Shown here: in pieces, positions 16,063 through 24,903 of the stretch
How the letters are laid out: each line of letters opens with the position of its first letter
Numbering within the stretch: position 1 is the stretch's first letter
DNA from: Candidatus Kuenenia stuttgartensis
GTDB taxonomy: Bacteria; Planctomycetota; Brocadiia; Brocadiales; Brocadiaceae
Assembly: GCF_900232105.1 (NCBI RefSeq)
Contig: NZ_LT934425.1
Span: 270,001 to 302,000, forward strand
DNA length: 32,000 nt
Direction: 5' to 3'
The notes under the pieces: generated by a model
The model's input: only the letters and a program-made list of their open reading frames with translations
Databases searched by the model: none
What the model was told of the DNA's origin: nothing
Translations under genes and position numbers: made by a program

Positions 16063-17706
16063 TCAAGCGTTAAGAACAAAATCAACACGCAATGGCAGTG
16101 TAAAGTGGAACGTACTTCCGCTGCCACAATTACTCTCTAGCCATATATTTCCTCCATGGTCTTCAACAATATGTTTTGCTATAAAAAGCCCTAATCCTGT
16201 GCCTTTAATGCCACTTTCCCTCTTATTAACAACCTGTTGAAATTTGTCAAAAATAGAATTCTGATGTTCTTTGGGTATTCCAATTCCTGTGTCTGAGATG
16301 CTTATTTGCAGAAATGATTGTATATTGTTCAGCTTGCCTTGTTGCGCGAAAATAGGGGAAAGCATGGATGCATCAACTACAAATGCCTTTATAGTAATAA
16401 CACCTCCTGTGGGTGTAAATTTAATCGAATTACTCAATAAATTATCCATTATCTGTGCGATTTTTCCCCGATCTAATAAAACATGGGGAACGAGAGAATC
16501 GTCTTCGTATTGAATAAAAATACCTTTCTTTTCCGTCAAAAAACGAACATCCTCGATGCTTTCCGAAATAACATCCCGAATCTGTGCAGGTTGAAAATTG
16601 TATCTCATCAATCCTGCCTCTATCCTTGATATATCTAATAGATCATTAATCATCAGTATAAGCCTAAGGGTATTTCCCTTGATAATATTGAGCAATTTCA
16701 TCTGTTCAAAAGATATTTGTCCCGCTATTTTGTCCAGCATGAGTTCATTTGCTTCTTTAATAGCCGTCAAAGGCGTTTTCAAATTGTGTGAGATATTTGA
16801 AATAAAATCTGATTTCATGGTATCAAGCTGTTCAAGTTTTTTACTCATTTCATTAAATGACCTTCCCAAAGAACCAATTTCATCATTTGATGTAATATTG
16901 ATCCTATGCTCTAAATCACCTTGGGCAATATGGTCGGTAGCTGCTTTAAGTGCGTTTATAGGCCTGTATATACTCCTAATGAAAAAGAATGAAAAAACCG
17001 CTACAAATGTGATTGCAAATAACATGATTGCCAGCGATATTTTGGTAGATTTTTGAACAGTTTCTTGAAATAGTCCCATTTTCTTAAATAAACCTGCTTG
17101 CTGCAAAATAATGAGGTTATTAATAGCATTCCTTAATTGGTCAATAGTTTTGTCTTTTTCCTCACCCATGAAAGAATAAGAAGAATCGTTTGTGTTATAT
17201 TTCAAAAGTATAAATTCTTTTGCAGTAATTCTCAGGTAAAGATTATAAAGCGTTTCAATTTGAGCGGTAATTGTTATTAATTCTTTACTATTCCTCGCAT
17301 CTTCTGTGGCGCCGGGCGGGTAGAACCAGTTAGCCCTTAAATATTTTACATACAAGGTGTTAAACTTATTAAAAATGTTATTTGTTTCATTGTTTATTTG
17401 TATTAATTTATTTACCAAATCAAGCCGATGGACAAATTCGTCTTTCTTTGCGGCAAAGATATCTAAAAAAGCCGGATCTTTTGTGATTGTATACTTTTTT
17501 TCACTACTGACTTGTTCCAATAGGATTTTTAACAACTTCTCTTCACTCTCTATAGAAGGAATGTCTTTGCTCAAAATTGAGGTTGACGCCTGATTGAGGT
17601 GTTTTAAGCGAAAAATCAAATAAAAACTCATCGACAACATAAGCAGCGTAATAACAACATAACCCAAAACCATGCGTTTCCATAAACTATTTTTTACCAT
17701 AAGCAA
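16063..17706 (-). CDS. Sensor histidine kinase (2 TM, about 190-aa extracytoplasmic domain, HAMP, HisKA, HATPase_c)
   Basis: H-box SHNLKTPLTAI, N-box DNLLSNSIKFT, G-boxes DTGIGI and GTGLGL, and HAMP YRPINALKAATDHIAQGDLEHRI are present. The start is either TTG 17706 or ATG 17700. Confidence 0.9.
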   Translation of the reverse strand: MLMVKNSLWKRMVLGYVVITLLMLSMSFYLIFRLKHLNQASTSILSKDIPSIESEEKLLKILLEQVSSEKKYTITKDPAFLDIFAAKKDEFVHRLDLVNKLIQINNETNNIFNKFNTLYVKYLRANWFYPPGATEDARNSKELITITAQIETLYNLYLRITAKEFILLKYNTNDSSYSFMGEEKDKTIDQLRNAINNLIILQQAGLFKKMGLFQETVQKSTKISLAIMLFAITFVAVFSFFFIRSIYRPINALKAATDHIAQGDLEHRINITSNDEIGSLGRSFNEMSKKLEQLDTMKSDFISNISHNLKTPLTAIKEANELMLDKIAGQISFEQMKLLNIIKGNTLRLILMINDLLDISRIEAGLMRYNFQPAQIRDVISESIEDVRFLTEKKGIFIQYEDDSLVPHVLLDRGKIAQIMDNLLSNSIKFTPTGGVITIKAFVVDASMLSPIFAQQGKLNNIQSFLQISISDTGIGIPKEHQNSIFDKFQQVVNKRESGIKGTGLGLFIAKHIVEDHGGNIWLESNCGSGSTFHFTLPLRVDFVLNA

Positions 17707-17897
17707 TCACCATTAAACTCTCAATTGTCTTTATTTGTCTTTTCTGCAGTAAATCCGGGTTGTGTGAACAGGAATGCTATTGTTTGTAAATGACCGTTGA
17801 AAATGGGAGTATTTTCAATTTCAGGATTTCTCAAAGTCTTATTATTTTTATCTATTGGCTGACGGGTTCAGATGAAATTCTTTTACCATTAAAAGGG

Positions 17898-18872
17898 TTA
17901 AAAGAGATATTCATATCCTGCCGTTTTAAGTTCCTCTCCCATATTAATTGTTTTTACCGCTTCACGCCAGTGAGGGTTTTCCGGCGCAAAAAAAGAGGGG
18001 GTACGATTAATATTTTTCTGCACCCATTCAAGCACATGCTCCGGCAAGGGCCTCTCCATAAATTCATATAATGTTTTCAAGGTCTGTTCCGGCGCCAGGA
18101 GCAGGTCTTCATGCCGAAAGAGAAAATAGTTATTTCCAAACAGTGCTTGTCCATCATAGTGGGTTCTGCGAAACATAATTTTCCACAAGAGCATAACCCG
18201 CATGTAAGCCTTGCATTTTCTGAGATGCGCATATTCAGGCGTTTTCAACAGTACATCTGACAATGTGCGGCTGGCGCCTATCAACGCTTCCGGTCCGCTT
18301 CCGAAGAAAATATTCTCGTCAGGAAATTTATCGCGCTGACGTTGCTTTTTCCCCAAAAAAAAAGATGCTGTGACCGAGCGGGGGTCACGCACAATATGAA
18401 TAAATTTTGCTTTAGGATCAATCTCCCATAGCGTCCGAACCTTAGAAAACATCCTGGTAAACTTTATTACCGTGTGTTCTGCCTGTGAAATCATGAATTT
18501 GATGTACTCTTTTGCGTAATCAGGCATATCCGTTTCAAATTCAAGTTCCGGTTTTCGTGGAGCACCGTAATTTAGCATATTTTCCATTTCTATGGCGGGC
18601 ATTTTGCCGGACAATATGTTTTTAAGAGATTTGCGGAGGGTGGTTTTCATATTTATCTTTTCCAGATGAAGGTATTTTTTCATAAAAGATGCACGACATT
18701 GCCTTACCTTTTCATAAAAATCCACAGACCTCATTCCGCTGCCACCCCCAAAGGTATCGTCAGTTGCGGTTGATAAAGGTTCATAGAAGCAGTCAAAGTT
18801 CCCATCTTCCCATAGAATATCAAATGCAATGGTCGTCCCGGAGCGTCGCATTCCCTGCATAAAAACGTTCAT
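17898..18872 (-). CDS. Sulfotransferase-family protein
   Basis: The N-terminal 5'-PSB-like loop is GMRRSGTT and the 3'-PB-like motif is HIVRDPRSV. The length is 324 aa. Confidence 0.65.
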   Translation of the reverse strand: MNVFMQGMRRSGTTIAFDILWEDGNFDCFYEPLSTATDDTFGGGSGMRSVDFYEKVRQCRASFMKKYLHLEKINMKTTLRKSLKNILSGKMPAIEMENMLNYGAPRKPELEFETDMPDYAKEYIKFMISQAEHTVIKFTRMFSKVRTLWEIDPKAKFIHIVRDPRSVTASFFLGKKQRQRDKFPDENIFFGSGPEALIGASRTLSDVLLKTPEYAHLRKCKAYMRVMLLWKIMFRRTHYDGQALFGNNYFLFRHEDLLLAPEQTLKTLYEFMERPLPEHVLEWVQKNINRTPSFFAPENPHWREAVKTINMGEELKTAGYEYLF

Positions 18873-19123
18873 GTATCATGCCTCAAAGATGTGTGTGTTA
18901 GGATTAAATTATAATGTGATATTAAATCAGACCTTTGCGATTGTAAGGTGCAGGCATAAATATATTTATATTGTGCTATTTATGTCAAGATGATTTAATT
19001 ACTACCATGACAAGGAGATTTCTTATTTCACCCCAAAATGGTAATTTTGCCTGAAATATCATTTTTACCGGTAATTACGATTTCAACCTCTTCACTTTTT
19101 ATCAATTTCGGGAAACGAACTAA

Positions 19124-19504
19124 ATGGATACAATCCGTTATACCTTCACAAAAGCGGAACGTCTGTTACGAAAGAAGGAGTTTGATAAAGTATTTGACGA
19201 AGGCACGGTATTTAAAAACAAATTTCTAGTTCTGTACGTTGCGCCCGGCGCGCAGAAATGTTCACGCATGGGACTGGTCGTGAGTAAAAAAATCGGGAAT
19301 GCCGTACGCCGGAATCGCGTGAAAAGATTATTACGGGAAGTATTCCGGCTGAATAAAAACAGGTTAACGGTACCGGTAGACATTGTTATCATCCCACGAA
19401 ACACGTTCACCTCTTCTTTGAAATTGTTTGATATTAGCGCCGGATTTCAACAGGCAATCCATCAAATCAACAAAAATTTTGCAAATGAAATTCATCATAA
19501 TTAA
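19124..19504 (+). CDS. rnpA: Ribonuclease P protein component
   Basis: FTKAERLLRKKEFDKVF and GNAVRRNRVKRLLRE are typical RnpA motifs. The gene is followed by an overlapping yidD. Confidence 0.85.
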   Translation: MDTIRYTFTKAERLLRKKEFDKVFDEGTVFKNKFLVLYVAPGAQKCSRMGLVVSKKIGNAVRRNRVKRLLREVFRLNKNRLTVPVDIVIIPRNTFTSSLKLFDISAGFQQAIHQINKNFANEIHHN

Positions 19505-19694
19505 ACTGCTTCAGTTATACCAATATGCCATTTCCCCTCTTTTCCATCATGCCTGCCGGTTTGAACCCACCTGTTCTCAGTACATGATTAACGCCGTAAA
19601 AAAGAAGGGGTTGTTGCGTGGCGTCTGTTTGGGGATGTGGAGGATATTGCGCTGTAATCCCTTTGGCGGCTCAGGATATGATCCGGTAAAATAA
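19485..19694 (+). CDS. yidD: Membrane protein insertion efficiency factor YidD
   Basis: YQYAISPLF..CRFEPTCSQY...RILRCNPFGGSGYDPV is present. The start was chosen at ATG 19485 and overlaps rnpA by 20 nt. Confidence 0.85.
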   Translation: MKFIIIKLLQLYQYAISPLFHHACRFEPTCSQYMINAVKKKGLLRGVCLGMWRILRCNPFGGSGYDPVK

Positions 19695-19726
19695 TTTTGC
19701 GGTAATTGTTTTTATGGAGACCATAT

Positions 19727-20437
19727 TCATTTTTCTTGCGGTGTATTGTTGCTTAAAACCTCATAGAGTTTTAATTCCTTTTCTGCGTCTTCAATCAACC
19801 CTTTCTTCCGGTAAGCAAATTCGAGGTTTTTGTGAGACATTGGGATTTTCGGATTGAGCTGAATGGATTTTTTTAATGCCGCAATAGCCTCATCCAGTTT
19901 GCCTGTTTCCGTATAAGCCGCCCCTAAATTGTTATACAAAACGGGATCGTCTGGTTGTGTTTCGAGCACCTTCTTATATGATTTGATGGCGTCGTCAAAA
20001 CGGTTTTTTTGTGCATATGCAATCCCCAGCGCATACTGTGCCTCCGTGAAATCCGGTTTCAATTCAACCGCCTTTTCCCAAAAAGCAATAGCATTATCCT
20101 GATTATTATTTCTTGCTTGTATCGCCCCTACATTGTAAAGAATTTGTGGGTCGTAGGGATATAACTCCAATACTATCTTATACTCTTCGAGGGCTTTATT
20201 GAGCTGCCCTTTTTTATGATAAACAGTCGCTATGTTGCAGTGGGCGTCTCTGTTGTACGGGTCTATACTCAATGCTTTTTTATAATACTGCATAGCTTCA
20301 TCCAGTTTTCCCTGGCTGTCAAAAAGGACGCCCTGACGGTTGTAATTGTCGGGGTCTTGCACCCCGCAACTATTTATTGCCAAAATAAGGAGGAGAAACA
20401 GGAACATTTTGCGTTTTACATATGTTTGAAGAAACAT
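19727..20437 (-). CDS. TPR-repeat lipoprotein
   Basis: AAGAGG RBS lies 9 nt upstream of the ATG at 20437. The signal peptide carries the lipobox LAINSC. At least five TPR units are present (A..YY.KAL..DP pattern). Confidence 0.8.
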   Translation of the reverse strand: MFLQTYVKRKMFLFLLLILAINSCGVQDPDNYNRQGVLFDSQGKLDEAMQYYKKALSIDPYNRDAHCNIATVYHKKGQLNKALEEYKIVLELYPYDPQILYNVGAIQARNNNQDNAIAFWEKAVELKPDFTEAQYALGIAYAQKNRFDDAIKSYKKVLETQPDDPVLYNNLGAAYTETGKLDEAIAALKKSIQLNPKIPMSHKNLEFAYRKKGLIEDAEKELKLYEVLSNNTPQEK

Positions 20438-20595
20438 GGATTTAAACCTCTTTTTGTATCGTTTCATTGGCATAGGAATTTTCACTCGAAAATACCATTT
20501 ATCCACCCCCGCCCAGGAATGAAATTGATCGCTTTTTTATAATATCACGAATACAAATACATTTTCTAATAAATTCTTAAAATGGCAATAATTTC

Positions 20596-20746
20596 GTAAC
20601 ATTTTAGTTTTCTGAAAAAGCAGGGGCGAAGCATTTGCCCGTTTGGGTATGAACGTATTTATGACAACTTATAGCAAATGCTTCGCCCCTACACTATGCG
20701 GCAAACATCGCTATTATTGAAATTTTTCAAAAAACTAAAGTGCTAC
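20596..20746. repeat. MITE-like element A (151 bp): 24-bp terminal inverted repeats plus an internal 16-bp GC-rich hairpin
   Basis: The TIRs are GTAACATTTTAGTTTTCTGAAAAA at 20596-20619 and TTTTTCAAAAAACTAAAGTGCTAC at 20723-20746 (21/24 complementary). The internal stem pairs GGGGCGAAGCATTTGC (20623-20638) with GCAAATGCTTCGCCCC (20674-20689). Confidence 0.7.
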
Positions 20747-20907
20747 ATAATTTCAGGGATACTGAAGTGCCTTTTGTAAAACAGTACCTAAGCTGATTGA
20801 TTACAGTGAGATAATATCTTAAAAGTTATTTCTTTGCACACTTCCATTCGTCAGTGCGTGCTTTTTGTAAAAATATTTAATGGTGAAATACGAATATTTA
20901 GTTTTTT

Positions 20908-20934
20908 AATCTGTGGAATCTGTATAATCTGTGG
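20908..20934 (+). promoter_or_regulatory. 3 x 9-bp tandem repeat (AATCTGTGG/AATCTGTAT/AATCTGTGG) containing a perfect TATAAT, 60-90 nt upstream of the M16 peptidase gene
   Basis: The repeats were read directly. TATAAT sits at 20923-20928. No good -35 box is present. Confidence 0.35.
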
Positions 20935-20995
20935 TTCCGCCTTTCGTATCTCATGCTTGTTTTTATTTCTGGCTTGTCCATGTTAGGAGAATACT

Positions 20996-23704
20996 ATGGT
21001 TTACAGGAATACATTTTTTCGTTATCTGCATTGCGTTTTTTTTATTAAAAAGCTACGGCTATTTGCCCTTTCTCTCATTACGGTTCTCTCACTGTTTTAC
21101 GGAATGGGGAGTATTAACGGTTACACCGAAGGTATGAATGAAGGGGTTTCCGCATTATTCCATGATACACAGAATGCCTTCGTCTTTTACCTTGATAATG
21201 GTATGGAGGTGATACTGGTTGAAAATCATGCCAGCCCCATGATCACCGCTTTTACCATTGTAAAGACAGGCAGTTGTAATGAGGATGCGTCAACCAACGG
21301 CTGTGCTCATTTTCTGGAACATCTTCTTTTTAACGGGACAAAATCACGCACACAAAAACAACTTTACGATGAGATGGCTTTTTACGGAGGATACAATAAT
21401 GCAAACACAACCACCGATTATACAAATTTTATGATCCTTATGCCGAAAGAATATATTTCTCAAGGCATGGATATTCAGGCAGACATGTTATTTAATTCTA
21501 TTTTACCGGAAGAAAAATTTGAAAAAGAACGGGGTATTGTTATAGAAGAAATCGGAAAATGGGAAAATAATCCGGCGCAGCAGGCGCAAAATCATTTTTT
21601 ACGCACATTTTTTGCAAACACCCCTTACGAGCGGCCAGTACTCGGTACGGTTTCCACTATTTCACATCTCAAATATGACGCGGTGCGCGAGTATTACAAA
21701 ACATGGTATGTTCCCAATAATATGATATTGATGGTCATTGGCGATTTTATAACAACGGAAGTGATTGAGCTGGTGAAGGAAAAATACGGAAAATATCCTG
21801 CCGGAAGATTGCCGGAGAAAAAGGGTATTCAATTCAATCCCCCAAATAAATTACGCATTATTCAGGCAAATGGTATTGGTAATTTTCCGGCAGACAGACA
21901 ATATCTCTCTATAGGATATGTGCTTCCTCCCCCGACCGGTGAAGACTTTCAGTCATTACAAATGCTGGCTGAATTTCTTGGTGGAAAGGAGAATTCTGTG
22001 CTGGATGTATTGTTTCGTAAGGAAGAGAATAGCGATTTACTCTATTCGATAAGCGCCAACATGGAATTTCACCGTGAATTTTCAACACTGCAAATATCGG
22101 CAGAACTTCCTTCTGATTCCGATACGGATCATGTCGTTGGTCTTATTTTACAGGCAATAGATGATATGGCGGTGAATACTGTATCTACTGAGGAATTGAA
22201 CACCCTCTTAACCTCCGGATTAATCAATGAAATATATCTGCAGGAAAAATTGCATTATTATGCAATGATGAAGTCCGGTTATCTTGTTGCGGGTGGATAT
22301 GCGTTTTATCGTGAATATATGGATGGGCTAATAAAAGTTACCCCGCAATCCATTCAAAAAGTCTGTCAGAAATACCTAAAGGACCAACTGCCCGTTATAA
22401 CAACAATGTCGCCTTCCGCTCCTATAAACAAAGAAACGACAAAACGTTCACAGAGCAGTTACTATCAGGAAATCTTACCGAACGGATTGACTGTTGCCAT
22501 AAAGGAAAACCGGGACAGCAGGGTTGTGGGGATACATCTGCTGGCAAAGGATCGCTGCATTGCAGAAGGAGAGGGAAAGCACGGCTTAACAGAAATACTG
22601 CAGCGGATGTTCCTGTCGGGCGGGACGCTTCATTACCCGGAAGATGCATTGTATAAAGAGTACGAATCCATCGGGGCGGAGATCAAACTGTATGATAACC
22701 CTCATATTGATTTTGATGATTACTATAATTCCCCGCGTTTTGCATATATTCGTTTAAAAGTTGTTGATTTTTATTTTGAAAAAGGGATTCAACTACTGGC
22801 AGAAACAATACTCCATCCGCAACTGACACAGGAGCATTTTGAACAGGCAAAAAAAGAGGTGATTCCCCTTGCCGCCAGGGCGGAATCAGATACACCGCTT
22901 AGGGCAAAACGTGTGTTTTATAAAAACTTGTTTGCCATGGATATCGGGTATGGCAATGAGATTGGTTTTCCCGAACAACTGGATAAATTATCCTTAGAAG
23001 ATGCAAAATCCCTTTACAATAAATTGTATAATCCATCAAATTTGATTCTTGCTGTTTCCGGAAATATTCCGGTGGATGAGGCGTTGCTTCTTATAAAGCG
23101 CAGTTTTGGAGGGACATGGGGCAATGCGGGCTGGAATGCGCCGGTGCAGCATATCGTTTTTAATGAACCGGTGGGAAGGATCGTCCGTGAAAAAACAGGA
23201 AAGACACAATCGTATATTTCAGTGGGCAGTACGTACGAAATACAAAAAGGCGAAGTACCGGCGCTTGCTGTTTTACAATATGTATTCTCCGAAAGTTTAG
23301 CCTTTCAACTGAGGGAAACGCAAGGGCTTGCCTATAGTATTGGCGTCAGTTTCCCCTTACATAATAATGCGCAATGGTACAGGATTACCATGGGTACCCG
23401 TCCTGAGAATATAAACCGTGCCATAAGCGGCATACAAAAGGAAATTAATGATATACGCAAGAGAAAATACGAAAAGGATGAAGTGCAAAAAGCTATTAAC
23501 GCGATATTGGGACGTCATGGCATGCGCAGGCTGGACAGGGTGAATCAGGCGTATTATATGAGTATGGAGATACTTGATGGCAACCCGCCGGAAGATGATG
23601 AATTATTTTCAGAAAAGTTAAAAAAAGTAACCCCCGAAGAAGTAGCGCAATTGGCACAAAAGGTATTTAAGAATGACGACCATCTAATCATTATCATCGA
23701 GTGA
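20996..23704 (+). CDS. Tandem M16-family zinc peptidase (active N-terminal half plus inactive C-terminal half), exported
   Basis: AGGAG RBS is present. The N-terminus is hydrophobic. The first half carries the HFLEHLLFNG (HxxEH) zinc motif. The second M16-like half starts near residue 490 and has no HxxEH. The length is 902 aa. Confidence 0.85.
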   Translation: MVYRNTFFRYLHCVFFIKKLRLFALSLITVLSLFYGMGSINGYTEGMNEGVSALFHDTQNAFVFYLDNGMEVILVENHASPMITAFTIVKTGSCNEDASTNGCAHFLEHLLFNGTKSRTQKQLYDEMAFYGGYNNANTTTDYTNFMILMPKEYISQGMDIQADMLFNSILPEEKFEKERGIVIEEIGKWENNPAQQAQNHFLRTFFANTPYERPVLGTVSTISHLKYDAVREYYKTWYVPNNMILMVIGDFITTEVIELVKEKYGKYPAGRLPEKKGIQFNPPNKLRIIQANGIGNFPADRQYLSIGYVLPPPTGEDFQSLQMLAEFLGGKENSVLDVLFRKEENSDLLYSISANMEFHREFSTLQISAELPSDSDTDHVVGLILQAIDDMAVNTVSTEELNTLLTSGLINEIYLQEKLHYYAMMKSGYLVAGGYAFYREYMDGLIKVTPQSIQKVCQKYLKDQLPVITTMSPSAPINKETTKRSQSSYYQEILPNGLTVAIKENRDSRVVGIHLLAKDRCIAEGEGKHGLTEILQRMFLSGGTLHYPEDALYKEYESIGAEIKLYDNPHIDFDDYYNSPRFAYIRLKVVDFYFEKGIQLLAETILHPQLTQEHFEQAKKEVIPLAARAESDTPLRAKRVFYKNLFAMDIGYGNEIGFPEQLDKLSLEDAKSLYNKLYNPSNLILAVSGNIPVDEALLLIKRSFGGTWGNAGWNAPVQHIVFNEPVGRIVREKTGKTQSYISVGSTYEIQKGEVPALAVLQYVFSESLAFQLRETQGLAYSIGVSFPLHNNAQWYRITMGTRPENINRAISGIQKEINDIRKRKYEKDEVQKAINAILGRHGMRRLDRVNQAYYMSMEILDGNPPEDDELFSEKLKKVTPEEVAQLAQKVFKNDDHLIIIIE

Positions 23705-23801
23705 TTCATATTTTTGTGCGGGTGTATGAAGGTAAAATATTTTCGGGTGCGAATTGCAAAAATAGGCTTAACCACTACCGTAAAGTTTCAAAGGAGTTAT
23801 T

Positions 23802-23921
23802 ATGCGGTATGAAAATCAAGTTGATCGTAGTAAGGAGAGAAATTTCCGGTTTTGCATGGTAAATACTAACCGTGATAAGATAGAAAATATGACCGCAATT
23901 CACGTTTCAGTGCGGAAATGA
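23802..23921 (+). CDS. Possible 39-aa small ORF
   Basis: AAGGAG lies 5 nt upstream of the ATG, and the ORF is followed by the 23943-23980 terminator. I recognise no homology. Confidence 0.2.
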   Translation: MRYENQVDRSKERNFRFCMVNTNRDKIENMTAIHVSVRK

Positions 23922-23942
23922 TGTGATTATTTTCTAAATGAC

Positions 23943-23980
23943 AAAAGGCTGGATAGGATGCATTCCTGATCCAGCCTTTT
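23943..23980. terminator. Bidirectional intrinsic terminator between the M16 peptidase and cytochrome c' genes
   Basis: A 12-bp perfect stem pairs AAAAGGCTGGAT with ATCCAGCCTTTT around a 14-nt loop. The A/T tracts at both ends serve either strand. Confidence 0.75.
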
Positions 23981-24016
23981 ATTATAAAAAACTACTTAAT
24001 TATTTTTGCTTAATGA

Positions 24017-24517
24017 TTATTTGCGATATTTCGTATGGCAATTTATACAGGCGTTTTTTAATAATCCTGTAAAGGCAGACAACAATTGATCTGAGTCCTG
24101 GGAGTCGGCAGCTTTTTTCAAGGACGCAACTTGCTTATTTATCTCATCCACATAATTAGCAAAATCTTTTTTCTGTATGTCCCTTGCCGGATTTTCTTCC
24201 ACCTTCCTAAATCTATTACTGTTTTCAAAAAAACTTATAAACATACTTTTGCTTTTTTCTGAAATATGGTCAGCTTCCTGCTTGATATAATTAAAATCAT
24301 CCTTAAGTATGCCCTCTAAAATGTTATTTACTGCATGCTCCAAATCCCTGGTGAATGTCTTAACAGGTAAATTAACTCCTTCATGCTTTCCTGTCTGTTC
24401 ATGAGTTATTATTTGTCCCTCACTTCCGAATGTATGATTAGAAATTGCAAAATTCAACATACCAACGATTCCAAAGAAGCTTACTAAACCCATCTTTACC
24501 GTAGTTACCCGTCCCAT
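24017..24517 (-). CDS. Class II c-type cytochrome (cytochrome c' / c-556-like four-helix bundle), exported
   Basis: AGGAG lies 8 nt upstream of the ATG at 24517. A signal peptide is present. A single heme motif, CINCH, lies 5 residues from the C-terminus, as in cytochrome c'. Confidence 0.7.
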   Translation of the reverse strand: MGRVTTVKMGLVSFFGIVGMLNFAISNHTFGSEGQIITHEQTGKHEGVNLPVKTFTRDLEHAVNNILEGILKDDFNYIKQEADHISEKSKSMFISFFENSNRFRKVEENPARDIQKKDFANYVDEINKQVASLKKAADSQDSDQLLSAFTGLLKNACINCHTKYRK

Positions 24518-24676
24518 AAATATTTCTCCTTTCCCTATAAAATATAAAACAATTAATAGCATCTATCCGGTAATAGTATCTATCCGGCAAAATTAAACAA
24601 TTATGTTTTTCACTACAAGCGTAATTATTCAGCGTAAATACTGCATGACTCGCCCTCAAAACTCCTATTTGAGGAC

Positions 24677-24694
24677 ACCTGCCTGCAGGCAGGT
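24677..24694. promoter_or_regulatory. 18-bp perfect palindrome ACCTGCCTGCAGGCAGGT upstream of cytochrome c' (possible operator)
   Basis: The palindrome was read directly and lies about 160 nt upstream of the 24517 start. A 10-bp direct repeat, ATCTATCCGG, occurs at 24561-24570 and 24578-24587 between it and the gene. Confidence 0.35.
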
Positions 24695-24798
24695 AATTGC
24701 AATGGAAAATATGTTTCCAACAAGAAGCATTCCAGCTTTTTTGTAAACAACCCGTAAAGATTAAAAGTAACTCATGCATCCAGCTTGAGTGTTAAATA

Positions 24799-24903
24799 TC
24801 AAAAGCAGGCCTTTTCGGTTTCTGATGCCATTATTTTATTGTTTACTAATAACGGCAACAAAACAACAAGCGAATAACCAATACATTTTTTCACATTAAT
24901 CAT
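24799..24903 (-). CDS. Possible 34-aa hydrophobic small ORF
   Basis: GGAGGTG RBS lies 5 nt upstream of the ATG. The sequence is MINVKKCIGYSLVVLLPLLVNNKIMASETEKACF. Confidence 0.25.
   Translation of the reverse strand: MINVKKCIGYSLVVLLPLLVNNKIMASETEKACF

Noticed and set aside
16598-17056. 152-aa + strand ORF
   Set aside because: It is antisense to the histidine kinase, and its Ser/Ile/Leu-rich translation is typical of a shadow frame.
18873-19123. Expected rpmH (L34) upstream of rnpA and yidC downstream of yidD
   Set aside because: No Arg/Lys-rich 44-46 codon ORF is present upstream, and a convergent TPR gene follows yidD. This is a broken canonical cluster but not informative enough to report as a finding.
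24438-24779. 113-aa minus-strand ORF
   Set aside because: It overlaps the cytochrome c' 5' end out of frame and runs through the palindrome/repeat region. It has no RBS.
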